Shown here in pieces: positions 9,456-18,479 of a stretch of 39,528 nucleotides of DNA. The notes beneath the pieces are model-generated. The model searched no databases, was not told the origin of the DNA, and worked only from the letters and a program-made list of their open reading frames with translations. Where the stretch lies: the NCBI GenBank assembly GCA_964467095.1, contig CAYXSJ010000003.1, positions 1-39,528 on the forward strand, given 5' to 3'. The DNA comes from an uncultured Methanotrichaceae archaeon. Lineage in GTDB: Archaea > Halobacteriota > Methanosarcinia > Methanotrichales > Methanotrichaceae. Position numbers and translations under genes: made by a program. Each line of letters begins with the position of its first letter. Positions within the stretch are counted from its first letter, which is position 1.

Positions 9456-10700
9456 ATGTATACGAGAATCATGGGACGGTGCTGGGCTATAAGAATGCTA
9501 TCCGTCTTCGTTCTGATGCTCATTATTCTTGCTGCAACTGGCGCAGCCGAAGGCCTAAACAGCAGCAATGATGCATCTATTGAGAAAAAGGTCGCCTACC
9601 TGGGAAGGCCAGGAGTGGTGATGATAACTGTAGATTATGTGGGAACTTTGAGGAATGATCGGGAAGAGAATGTAGTATATCTTCAGCCTGATGAGGCAGA
9701 GAAGAAAGTCTCTCTAAAAATACCGGAGGATCTCACTGCAGGTGTTACCTCAGTCGGATCAGGATTTGTGGTCAGTCCTGACGGCTATGTGGTAACCAAT
9801 GCCCATGTAGTAGACATGCCTTATGAGGAACTGAAGTCCTATTTCATCAATCAAGCTGTCAGATGGGCGGCAAAGGAATTTCCTGCGGTTTTCCTGGACT
9901 ACGGCGAGCGGTACCCAAGTACAGAAGAGGATCTCCTGGAGATAGAAGATAATTTCAAGAGCTATCGCCTTGATTATAAGAAAGTGATCAATGTCTACTT
10001 CGGGAGCAATGGTCCAATGCAATCTGCAAAAGCACACTCCGCAGAGATCCGAAAAAGCAGCACAGAACAGACTTATCTTTTCAATAATATGTGGTTCAGA
10101 TCAGGAAAGGATGTGGCCATACTGAAGATAGAAGGGTTCACCGACCTCTCAACGGTTATTCTGGGAGATTCAAATAGAGTTGATGTAGGAGATAAGGTAG
10201 TTGTGATTGGATATCCGGGTTCCGTTAGCACGGCGTTTGGGGAAGGAGTTACACTATCACCAGAGACGGAACTTGTTCCGACGGTAACCTCGGGCATAAT
10301 AAGCGCAAAGAAAATGCAGCCTGACGGCTCTGAGGCAATTCAAACGGATACTACAGTGTACCACGGGAATAGTGGCGGACCGGCGTTTGACGAGGACGGC
10401 AGAGTAATTGGAGTAGCCACATTTGGCTCAGGCAAAAAAATGAGTTCAGGAGAATGGCTGGATCTACAGGGCTATAACTTCTTGATTCCCATCAACGTAG
10501 TGAAGAGCTTCATGTCTGAACTAGGCATCAATACGGCCAGCAAGACGACGTCACACATGGAAAAAGGGCTTGATTACTACTGGAGCGGAAAGTATGGGGA
10601 GGCAAAGCAAGAGTTTCAAAAGGCATCCTCTCTAGACTCCCAAAATGCCTATGCAACTAGTTATACCCAAATGTGCGCAAATAAATACCTCGATCAATGA
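9456..10700 (+). CDS. Secreted trypsin-like (S1C/HtrA-type) serine protease with a C-terminal TPR and no PDZ domain
   Basis: Signal peptide; GSGFVV, TNAHVV (His), DVAILK (Asp), HGNSGGP (Ser); C-terminal KGLDYYWSGKYGEAKQEFQKA TPR; AGGAGG RBS. Confidence 0.9.
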   Translation: MYTRIMGRCWAIRMLSVFVLMLIILAATGAAEGLNSSNDASIEKKVAYLGRPGVVMITVDYVGTLRNDREENVVYLQPDEAEKKVSLKIPEDLTAGVTSVGSGFVVSPDGYVVTNAHVVDMPYEELKSYFINQAVRWAAKEFPAVFLDYGERYPSTEEDLLEIEDNFKSYRLDYKKVINVYFGSNGPMQSAKAHSAEIRKSSTEQTYLFNNMWFRSGKDVAILKIEGFTDLSTVILGDSNRVDVGDKVVVIGYPGSVSTAFGEGVTLSPETELVPTVTSGIISAKKMQPDGSEAIQTDTTVYHGNSGGPAFDEDGRVIGVATFGSGKKMSSGEWLDLQGYNFLIPINVVKSFMSELGINTASKTTSHMEKGLDYYWSGKYGEAKQEFQKASSLDSQNAYATSYTQMCANKYLDQ

Positions 10701-10943
10701 CAAGATAGACTCGGATAAGATCGAGCAGAGACTGCGGGGACGCCCGCACACCAGGGGCAGGAGGCCTGCTCCTGGGCTGCGGCCAAGCGGGATTGCGAGG
10801 TGGTTGCTCGTGGCCCAGATCCTCGATTCTCGTTGGCCTCGTGCAGCTTTTCACTGTAGATCAGAACATACGGGTGGCCAGCTCCTCGATGCGGGCCACT
10901 CAGGATTATCTACTTAAAAGCGTCCTATGATAACCATTTTGAA

Positions 10944-11651
10944 ATGCCAGGAAATCTTCGCACTTCCGACACCAGGTCCCGCCTCTTCGACCTTTTTCTC
11001 ATCGCCGTCCTCGTCGTCTACGCCGTCGCTGCCATCGTCTCCTATTGGCAGAGCCCCTACCTTCTGGCCCTGCTACTCCTGCCCGCGCCAGTGGCGCTGG
11101 TCGCGCGCCTGGGTCGTCCCTTTATCGCTGTTGCGGCTGCCGGTGCCGTCATCGGCCCGCTCACAGAAGTAGCCTGCGTTTTCGGGGGCCTGTGGAGCTA
11201 TGGGCAAACTGGAGGGCTGCCATTCATTCCGCCCTGGCTTTTCGTCATCTGGGCCTGCTTTCCTACTGCCTTATGGCTGATCGTAAGAAGCCTTCTGGGG
11301 AAGATTCCAGAGCCAAGGCCGGGAACGCTGCCCCTGGCCCTGGCAGGCATCGCTATTGAGATTGTGCTCTTTGTCGCCCTGAGTGAAAATACGCTGCTGG
11401 TCATCTCCGCCGCTCTGCTCCTGGCGGCTGTTGCAGTTGCCAGCAGGCCGGAAAAATCTACAGTCATACTCATGGCAGCGGGCAGCATTCTCGGACCGGT
11501 TTGTGAAGCTCTGCCCGTGGCCGCCGGAGCCTGGGCCTACGCCCGGCAGGACATTTTCGGAATGCCTGCCTGGCTGCCCCTGGCTTATGCTCTCTTTGCC
11601 GTGCTGGTGGCCTGGGGTGCACAGTCATTTCGACAAAAGGTCTGGCAGTAA
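10944..11651 (+). CDS. Integral membrane protein, DUF2878-like, with two internal repeats
   Basis: Two copies of G...GP..E...V..G.W.Y....P.WL in a hydrophobic sequence. Confidence 0.7.
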   Translation: MPGNLRTSDTRSRLFDLFLIAVLVVYAVAAIVSYWQSPYLLALLLLPAPVALVARLGRPFIAVAAAGAVIGPLTEVACVFGGLWSYGQTGGLPFIPPWLFVIWACFPTALWLIVRSLLGKIPEPRPGTLPLALAGIAIEIVLFVALSENTLLVISAALLLAAVAVASRPEKSTVILMAAGSILGPVCEALPVAAGAWAYARQDIFGMPAWLPLAYALFAVLVAWGAQSFRQKVWQ

Positions 11652-11742
11652 AATTCCGAACCTGACGGAGATGAACAGACGAACGGCAGTGATCCAATTA
11701 TTTTAAAGACGCAGAGAAAAAAGATTTTTGATACAAAAGCTC

Positions 11743-11862
11743 CTACTCGCAAGTGTCGAGCAGCCCCTTCTTCTTGCCGCCTCTCTTGTCACCGAGTTTG
11801 ATGGGCTCAACCTTTACTTCCTTCTCTTCCTTCTTCTCTTTCTTTTCTTCGTGGTGTGTCAT
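11743..11862 (-). CDS. 39-aa small protein MTHHEEKKEKKEEKEVKVEPIKLGDKRGGKKKGLLDTCE
   Basis: Hand translation; GGAGG RBS 7 nt before the ATG; TATAATTAA upstream; T-tracts after the stop. Below the track's size cut-off. Confidence 0.7.
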   Translation of the reverse strand: MTHHEEKKEKKEEKEVKVEPIKLGDKRGGKKKGLLDTCE

Positions 11863-11878
11863 TTTGCAGCCTCCATTT

Positions 11879-11908
11879 ATTCTTGTAGCTGATATTCTTG
11901 CAGCTGAT
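11879..11908. repeat. 15-bp tandem direct repeat between the sORF TATA box and RBS
   Basis: attcttgtagctgat / attcttgcagctgat (14/15 identical). Confidence 0.75.
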
Positions 11909-12007
11909 CTTAATTATACCTTCCGGTGAACAATACAAACAATTTTTATTGACCAAATGGGCTGCAAACTACCACCAAATAGCAATAGTAATGGGCTAAA
12001 AAAAGGT

Positions 12008-13168
12008 TCAGAGGCTCCGCTGCTCCAGAATGCAGGTGGGGTCCTCTGCCATGAGGTCTTTATGATAGTAGTAGGCCTTCTGGCGGCATCCTCCGCACAG
12101 ATCCAGGTATTCGCACTTCCCGCAGGCGCCTTTAAGGTTGGACTTGATGTCCCGCAGTGCCTGCAGCTCTTCTGAGGGATGATCGATCCAGATGTCACGG
12201 AAGGAGCGCTCCCGAACATTTCCCACCACAACCTGGGGCATGAAGTGGCAGGGGTGCACATCCCCACGCTGATTGATGTTGGCCACCTTCACTCCCGTGG
12301 AGCAGCCGCCTGCATTGGTGAGCAGCTTACGCACATTCTCGCGCCTGGGATCGTCCTTCAACAGCTCCAGCAAATAGGCTCCATCCATGGGCGAGTCGGT
12401 GGTCAGGATTTCGATGTTCTCTCCTTTCAGCTCCTCTGCCGCCTCTGCCAGCAGGCGGATAACGCTGCGCCGCTGCTCGGGCGTGACATCCCTGTCGGCC
12501 ATCCCCGCTCCCCTGCCGGTGGGCACCAGGTGGTAGAGACAGAACCGGGGAATATTCTCCTGCACTGCCAGGCTGAGCAGAGAGGGAACATCCTGCCAGT
12601 TGTCCCGAGTGAGCGTGATGCGCAGCCCCGTCTTCAGACCGGCATCGCGGGCGTTCTTGAGGCCCTGCAAGGCCCGGGCATGCGCTCCGACCACGCCCCG
12701 GAAGGCGTCGTGGCTTTGCGCAGAAGCGGAGTCCAGACTCACTCCCACGTATCTGATCCTGGCCTCCGCCAGGAGCCTGGCCACCTCTGGGGTGATCAGA
12801 GTTCCATTGGTGGAGATGACGGTTCTCAGGCCCACCTCGCGGGCATGGAAGGCCAGGGCATAGAAATTGCGGCTGAGAAGTGGCTCGCCTCCGGTGAAGA
12901 TGAGGATGGGCACTTTTAGCTCAGCCAGCTCATCCACCAGGTGCATGCCCTCTTCCAGGCTCATCTCCTCTCGCGCCTCGCTGCTGGCGTCCATGTAACA
13001 GTGCTGGCAGGCCAGGTTGCAGTGTGCTGTCAAATTCCACATCACTACCGGCCTCTTCTGGGCAGAAAACCTGATCAAATCAGGTGGCAGATTCTGGCAC
13101 GACTCGGAAGCGCGCAGCGCCTCCCAAACGGTAGCCTGATCGGCCAGGGCTTTGGAAAAAATAATCAT
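12008..13168 (-). CDS. ahbC: Radical SAM/SPASM enzyme, AhbC (NirJ1)-like Fe-coproporphyrin III synthase
   Basis: RPVVMWNLT..CNLACQHCY and a SPASM Cys set (GCSTG, PCHF, CGKCEYLDLCGGCR...C); last gene of the hem operon. Start moved to ATG 13168, directly after the cobA/hemD stop. Confidence 0.75.
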   Translation of the reverse strand: MIIFSKALADQATVWEALRASESCQNLPPDLIRFSAQKRPVVMWNLTAHCNLACQHCYMDASSEAREEMSLEEGMHLVDELAELKVPILIFTGGEPLLSRNFYALAFHAREVGLRTVISTNGTLITPEVARLLAEARIRYVGVSLDSASAQSHDAFRGVVGAHARALQGLKNARDAGLKTGLRITLTRDNWQDVPSLLSLAVQENIPRFCLYHLVPTGRGAGMADRDVTPEQRRSVIRLLAEAAEELKGENIEILTTDSPMDGAYLLELLKDDPRRENVRKLLTNAGGCSTGVKVANINQRGDVHPCHFMPQVVVGNVRERSFRDIWIDHPSEELQALRDIKSNLKGACGKCEYLDLCGGCRQKAYYYHKDLMAEDPTCILEQRSL

Positions 13169-13169
13169 T

Positions 13170-14630
13170 TTATCTCTTTTTCTCCTGTATAGCTGCAAGC
13201 ATAGCCTCAAAGGTAAATTTGTCCGGCATCACGTCCACGTCCACATTCAGCCGGGCAAGCTCCTCTGCAGTGGGCTTGCCGATGACAGCCACCGTGCCGG
13301 CGGCGAGAGCCTCTCTTAATTCCCTGTCCAGGCCCATCGCTCTTGCTCTCTCAATTAGAACGCGGGCTGTAGAGGAGCTGGTGAAGGCAAAGATGTCCAC
13401 GCTTTTAGCCCTCTTTATCAGCTCATCCAGCCGGGAATCCCCGGATGCGGCAACCTCATAAAGGGCAATGTCATCCACAATGATCCCTGCCGCCCGCAAG
13501 CCCTCAGAGAGATAGCGGCTGCCCTGAGCGCTGCGCAGGAACAGAATGCTCCTGCATTTTCCCAGCAGCATCTTCTCAAGCCCCGTCGAGCTGTACTCCT
13601 CCGGAACCTGTGCAGTCAGGCCTGTTTCGGCTAAAGCCATGGCAGTCTTGGGCCCAATGGCCACAATCGTCTTCTCTGCCAATGCTCTGCGGATGGCCGG
13701 GCTTTCCAGCGCACTCTTCACTCCGTTGGCACTGGTAAAAGCCACACATTCTGCTTTGTCGAGCCTCTCCAGCAGATCTTCAGGCAGGGGCTTTTTCACA
13801 AGAGCGATGGCAGGAGCTGGGATTGGTGAAAAGCCGTAGCGCTCTGCCAGGGCCGCAGACTCATTCTGCTGGGCAGCAGGCCGGAAAATGGCAATCTTCT
13901 TTTGCCCCAGCTTTTCCGCCAGCCTGACCACCTCGCCCACCACCAGTATGGCCGGCGACTCGATCTTCGCGTCTCTCGCCTTTTCGGCGATATCGGCAAG
14001 CTTAGCCGAGATCATTCTCTGCTCCGGCCATCCACCTTTTTCTACCATGGCAGCGGGAGTTTGCGGCGATTTTCCGGCCTCAATCAAGGCCGCCACATTC
14101 TGCTCCAGACGGGAGACGCCCATCAGTACTACCAGAGTTCCGCCCAACGCTGCTATCGCCTTCCAGTCGAGAGGGGTCTCTTTTCCCGGCTCCTCATGGC
14201 CGGTCACGATGACAAGTGAAGAGGCCACACCCCGGTGGGTCACGGGTATTCCAGCCAGCTCGGGCGCGGCAATAGAGGAGGTCACGCCTGGCACAACTTC
14301 AAAGGGGATGCCTTTTTCCTGCAAGGCCAGAGCCTCTTCTCCGCCCCGACCAAAGAGGTATGGATCGCCGCCTTTCAGACGGACCACGACAGCTCCGCTC
14401 TCCGCCTTCTCGATGAGGAGCCGGTTGATGCCCTCCTGATTCAACTTGTGCCTTCCCGCGTTCTTGCCCACATCGATCAATTCCGCTTTAACCCCTTCCA
14501 GCATCCTGGGGTCAAGCAGCCGGTCGAATAAAACCACATCCGCAGCACCTAGCAGCCTTTTCGCCTTTAGGGTCATGAGCTCGGGATCGCCTGGTCCGGC
14601 TCCCACCAGATAAACCTTACCGCGCGCCAA
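13170..14630 (-). CDS. cobA: Fused uroporphyrinogen-III C-methyltransferase / uroporphyrinogen-III synthase (CobA-HemD)
   Basis: VYLVGAGPGDPEL, VRLKGGDPYLFGRGGEE and VPGVTS, followed by HemD motifs FTSANGV, AIGPKTA and FTSSST. Confidence 0.93.
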   Translation of the reverse strand: MARGKVYLVGAGPGDPELMTLKAKRLLGAADVVLFDRLLDPRMLEGVKAELIDVGKNAGRHKLNQEGINRLLIEKAESGAVVVRLKGGDPYLFGRGGEEALALQEKGIPFEVVPGVTSSIAAPELAGIPVTHRGVASSLVIVTGHEEPGKETPLDWKAIAALGGTLVVLMGVSRLEQNVAALIEAGKSPQTPAAMVEKGGWPEQRMISAKLADIAEKARDAKIESPAILVVGEVVRLAEKLGQKKIAIFRPAAQQNESAALAERYGFSPIPAPAIALVKKPLPEDLLERLDKAECVAFTSANGVKSALESPAIRRALAEKTIVAIGPKTAMALAETGLTAQVPEEYSSTGLEKMLLGKCRSILFLRSAQGSRYLSEGLRAAGIIVDDIALYEVAASGDSRLDELIKRAKSVDIFAFTSSSTARVLIERARAMGLDRELREALAAGTVAVIGKPTAEELARLNVDVDVMPDKFTFEAMLAAIQEKKR

Positions 14631-15552
14631 ATTCCTTCACCGCCTCTTCTATCAGCTCTCGTCCACCCATCTTGATGAGCCTTTGCCCTATATCTTCCGC
14701 CCGGCTCAAACGGTCCTCGTCTATTGAGATCATCTCATCCAATCTCACAAACCTCTTGCCGTCCAAGGAGAGGACCTCAGCCAGGACACGTGCCTGACCG
14801 TTGGAAACACTGGCGTGCACGGCCATGGGCACCACGCAGCCGCCACCCACGGTCTCCAGGATCTTGCGCTCGATCATGGTCTCTGTCCTGGTAGGCGCAT
14901 CATCCAGCGATCTGGAATAAAGTTCTGCCTTTGATCCCTTTTTGGCTACGACTATTATCGTTCCCTGGTTTGCGGAGGGAACGAACCTCTCCCCATCCAG
15001 CTCTGCATAATCCCTCTCCAGGCCCATTCTCTCCAGGCCGGCCTTCGCCAGGACTATGGCATCGTATTCTCCACCATCCAGCTTGCGAAGTCTGGTCTGC
15101 AGGTTTCCCCGCAGGCTTATTATCTGCAGATCAGGCCTGGCCCGGCGTAGCTGCGCTGTGCGCCGCATGCTGGAAGTGCCTACAGTCGCGCCATCTTTTA
15201 GATCTTCCAGAGCTTGCGCAGAGCCGTTCCTGCAGAGCAGAATATCATAGGGCGAATCGCGCTTTAAGACCGCGGATACAGTCAGCTCTTCCGGCCTCTT
15301 TGTCGGCAGGTCCTTCATACTGTGCACAGCCAAATCGATCTCGCCGCAGAGCATGCGCTCGTCTATCTCTGCCACGAAGACGCCAACGCCGGTAAGCTGG
15401 TGCAAGGGCTTGTCCAGGAAGACATCTCCGCGGGTCTTGACCAGGACCAGCTCCGTCTCTACTCCCTGAGGCAGAAGCTTCTCTTGCACAATCTGGGTCT
15501 GGCGCAGTGCCAATGGGCTGCCCCGGCTGCCCACGATCAGTTTTTCAGGCAG
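14617..15552 (-). CDS. hemC: Hydroxymethylbilane synthase (porphobilinogen deaminase)
   Basis: [35 protein letters not shown] and GGCVVP motifs. Start is either GTG 15534 (track) or CTG 15552 (see findings). Confidence 0.95.
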   Translation of the reverse strand: MPEKLIVGSRGSPLALRQTQIVQEKLLPQGVETELVLVKTRGDVFLDKPLHQLTGVGVFVAEIDERMLCGEIDLAVHSMKDLPTKRPEELTVSAVLKRDSPYDILLCRNGSAQALEDLKDGATVGTSSMRRTAQLRRARPDLQIISLRGNLQTRLRKLDGGEYDAIVLAKAGLERMGLERDYAELDGERFVPSANQGTIIVVAKKGSKAELYSRSLDDAPTRTETMIERKILETVGGGCVVPMAVHASVSNGQARVLAEVLSLDGKRFVRLDEMISIDEDRLSRAEDIGQRLIKMGGRELIEEAVKEFGAR

Positions 15553-16805
15553 GACCTATACGCCTCCAGAGTGGTTTGTATTACTTCCGGGCTGTGGGCT
15601 GCGGATATGAAATCCGTCTCATACTGGCTGGGGGTAAGGAAAATGCCGGCATCGAGCATGCGGCGGAAAAAGGCCAGATAGCCTGCCTTGTCGCATTTCA
15701 GGGCCTGGGCATAGTTATGAGGCTCCTCTCCAAAGAATACCTTGAACATGGAGGCGATGCCGACAACGCTGTAGCCTAACCGCAAGTCTTCTAAGATTTC
15801 TTGCAGCCCCTTTCTCATCTGCTTTCCCGTTTCATTCAGCTTCTCTAAAACCTTCTCCCTTTCCAGGACATCCAGGGTGGCCATGCCGCAGGCCAGGGAG
15901 ACGGGACTGCCGTTGAAGGTTCCTGCCTGGTAGATGTCGCCGCTGGGCGCTACCTGCTCTAACAGATCTTGCCGGCCGCCAAAGATGCCCACGGGAAAGC
16001 CCCCACCTATGATTTTGCCCAGGGTGGTTAGATCGGGCTTTATGCCGAAGTGCTCCTGCGCTCCTCCCAGAGACAGCCGAAAGCCGGTTATGACCTCGTC
16101 GAAGATGAGAAGCACATCGTGCTCCCTGGTAAGCTGCCGCACGCCCTCGAGGTAGCCTGCCTGCGGCAGGATGGGGCCGATGTTGCCCAAAACGGGCTCA
16201 ATGATCAGGCAGGCGATCTGGCCTGGGTAGGCCTTCAAGACCTTCTCCAGGGCTTCCAGGTCGTTGTAGGGCACCTGTAGAGTGTTCTTGGCGGTATCGG
16301 CAGGCACGCCCCGTGAATCGGGAATGCCGAGTGTCGTAGCCCCCGAGCCGGCCTTGACCAGGACACTGTCATGAGCGCCGTGAAAGCCGCCCTCGATCTT
16401 GATGATCTTATCCCTGCCAGTTGCGCCGCGCGCCACGCGAATGGCCGCCATGGTGGCCTCCGTGCCGGAGCTGACGAACCGGAGCCTTTCCATGCTGGGG
16501 TAAAGCCGGGTGATTCTCTGTGCAGCCAAAACCTCCAGTTCAGTGGGCGTTCCATAAAGCCAGCCGCGGCTCATCTGCTCTGCCGCAGCCTGCACGATGG
16601 CAGGATGGCGGTGGCCCAGGATCATGGGCCCGTATGCTAAGCAGTAATCGATGAGCCTGTTTCCGTCAGCATCCCATAGATAGGGACCTTCTGCTCTGGC
16701 CGTGTAAAATGGGCAGGGCGAAATGGCGCGCACAGGGCTGGATACGCCGCCGGGCATCAGCTTTTTGGCGCGATCAAAGAGCCGAATGGAGGAGTCTGCA
16801 TGCAT
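15537..16805 (-). CDS. hemL: Glutamate-1-semialdehyde 2,1-aminomutase
   Basis: [39 protein letters not shown] and QAGTFNG motifs. Start chosen at ATG 16805; ATG 16817 is also possible. Confidence 0.96.
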   Translation of the reverse strand: MHADSSIRLFDRAKKLMPGGVSSPVRAISPCPFYTARAEGPYLWDADGNRLIDYCLAYGPMILGHRHPAIVQAAAEQMSRGWLYGTPTELEVLAAQRITRLYPSMERLRFVSSGTEATMAAIRVARGATGRDKIIKIEGGFHGAHDSVLVKAGSGATTLGIPDSRGVPADTAKNTLQVPYNDLEALEKVLKAYPGQIACLIIEPVLGNIGPILPQAGYLEGVRQLTREHDVLLIFDEVITGFRLSLGGAQEHFGIKPDLTTLGKIIGGGFPVGIFGGRQDLLEQVAPSGDIYQAGTFNGSPVSLACGMATLDVLEREKVLEKLNETGKQMRKGLQEILEDLRLGYSVVGIASMFKVFFGEEPHNYAQALKCDKAGYLAFFRRMLDAGIFLTPSQYETDFISAAHSPEVIQTTLEAYRSCLKN

Positions 16806-16864
16806 GAGATGATGCATCCCTCTGGGCAGATTAATCAAACTTGCGAGCCGTCAGCTCAATTTCA

Positions 16865-16900
16865 TTCGTTACAAATCGTTATATGTAGATCGTTATATAG
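16865..16900 (-). promoter_or_regulatory. hem operon promoter region with three TCGTTA direct repeats overlapping a TATA-like box
   Basis: TCGTTA at 16866, 16876 and 16890; the minus strand reads CTATATAACGAT-CTACATATAACGAT. Confidence 0.45.
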
Positions 16901-16938
16901 ATGCTCCTTTTGGATCCGGGCCGCAGCTACTATTATTA

Positions 16939-16960
16939 TTCGCGAAAAGTATATATAATA
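16939..16960 (+). promoter_or_regulatory. Plus-strand BRE/TATA (CGCGAAAAG-TATATATAA) with no long ORF downstream
   Basis: Shares the 12-mer TTCGCGAAAAGT with the promoter at 504-515. Confidence 0.55.
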
Positions 16961-17084
16961 CCAACTACAATCCTAACTATATTAGTATTATAAGTTAGTC
17001 ATAAGAATTAAAGAGGCCTGATAGGCGTGTTGGCCTGGCAGCAGAGAGATAAAATAAGATATATGTTAGAAGGGATGGCACGAA

Positions 17085-18296
17085 TTAGCGGTCTGCTGCC
17101 AGCCACCCCGCCTCCTCGACTTTTTTGATGACACCTCTCAGGGGCAGATCCATCTCGTCAGCGATTTTTTTGCAGTCTTCATACTCGGGCTTGATGCTTA
17201 AAAGCTCGCCGTCCATGCGGCTGACCTTCACCTGGGGCCGGTAGGTGTGGCCGGAGAATTCCACCTGCACAATTCTTTGCTCCCGCTCTGCTACCAGTCG
17301 GTGGAGGCTGGGAAAGACCCGAACGCCTAAGGAGCCTGTCTCCTTGATCATGATTTTAGCCAGCAATTCCGTCTCAGTAGCCCTGGCAACGGCCCTGATC
17401 ACAAATCCGGCACGCCCTTTCTTCATCAGGGCAGGCAGAACAGAGACATCCAGGGCCCCGGCCTGCATGAGCTTGTCTATCAAATGGCCCAGCACCTCGC
17501 CCGTCACATCATCTACATTGGTCTCCAGTTGCACCACCTGTTCGCCATGCGGCTTGTGATTCTGTTTTGCCGCAGCCTCAGGGGCGGTGGCGCAGTCCGC
17601 TAACATTGTCCGCAGCACATTGGGCAGGATGAGCTCCCTTTTGCCTGCACCGTAGCCCACCCTCTCCGCCCGGATGAGGGGGAAGTCGGGCACAAATTCA
17701 TCGACGAAAGTTGCCAGCAAGGCAGCGCCTGTGGGCGTAAGCAGCTCCTCATCCACCGGCCCTCCCTTCCAGGGGATTTCATGAGATCGCAGGATCTCCA
17801 GAGCCGCCGGACATGGAACGGGAAGAAGGCCGTGCGCTGACTGTACAAAGCCGCCGCCCACAGATATCGGCCGGGAAAAAACACGCTCTACGTTCAGGCT
17901 TTGCAGTGCTGCGCAGGCTCCGGCAATGTCGGCCAGCGCATCCAGGGCACCAATCTCATGAAACCGGGCCTGTTCCTTTTCCACGCCATGCACCCGGCTC
18001 TCTGCCCCGGCCAGTGTGTCCAGGGCAGCCAGCGCATGTTCCAGGGCTTTCCCCTCCAGGCTGGAATTATGCAGAATGGATACGCCGTCGCTTAATGACT
18101 GGAATCTTTTGTCCGAGATGACGCGAGCCCGGCAGGCCATGATGTGGCTCTTCTCCTGGCGGGAGACCTCCAGCGCGCACCCAGTGAATTCGACTGCCCG
18201 GCGGACGGCATCAAGATCAGCTCCCAGGTCCAGGAGAGAGGCCATGATCATGTCTCCGGAGGCTCCGGCGCAGGGATCAAAGAGGAGGACTTTCAT
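17085..18296 (-). CDS. larC: Nickel insertion protein, LarC family
   Basis: FDPCAGASGDM, FHEIGALDALADI, HGLLPVPCPA, ELLTPTGAAL, LETNVDD, MKKGR, ETGSLGVR and KPEYED motifs. Confidence 0.93.
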   Translation of the reverse strand: MKVLLFDPCAGASGDMIMASLLDLGADLDAVRRAVEFTGCALEVSRQEKSHIMACRARVISDKRFQSLSDGVSILHNSSLEGKALEHALAALDTLAGAESRVHGVEKEQARFHEIGALDALADIAGACAALQSLNVERVFSRPISVGGGFVQSAHGLLPVPCPAALEILRSHEIPWKGGPVDEELLTPTGAALLATFVDEFVPDFPLIRAERVGYGAGKRELILPNVLRTMLADCATAPEAAAKQNHKPHGEQVVQLETNVDDVTGEVLGHLIDKLMQAGALDVSVLPALMKKGRAGFVIRAVARATETELLAKIMIKETGSLGVRVFPSLHRLVAEREQRIVQVEFSGHTYRPQVKVSRMDGELLSIKPEYEDCKKIADEMDLPLRGVIKKVEEAGWLAADR

Positions 18297-18479
18297 GAAT
18301 CGAAAATCTTGCCTGGGATGTTAAATAAGGATTGGTCCCGTCCAAATACAGTGGAGCAGGTCTCCAGGCACAAGCATTTTGGGCTAGCTCCAGGATCGTC
18401 CCTGCATTATTGAAGACGAAGCTGTCGCCTAGCTCCATGAAAAGCTTCGCGGCAGCTTCCTGGCCCGTGCAATGTGAGA

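Noticed and set aside
11815-11852. CT-rich microsatellite-like tract
   Set aside because: It is explained by the Glu/Lys codons of the minus-strand 39-aa ORF.
5388-13168. YcaO-TfuA, protease, rSAM/SPASM and small peptide read together as one RiPP cluster
   Set aside because: The genes lie in separate transcription units on different strands. YcaO-TfuA fit the MCR-modifying pair and the rSAM fits AhbC in a hem operon. Only the sORF is kept as an open question.
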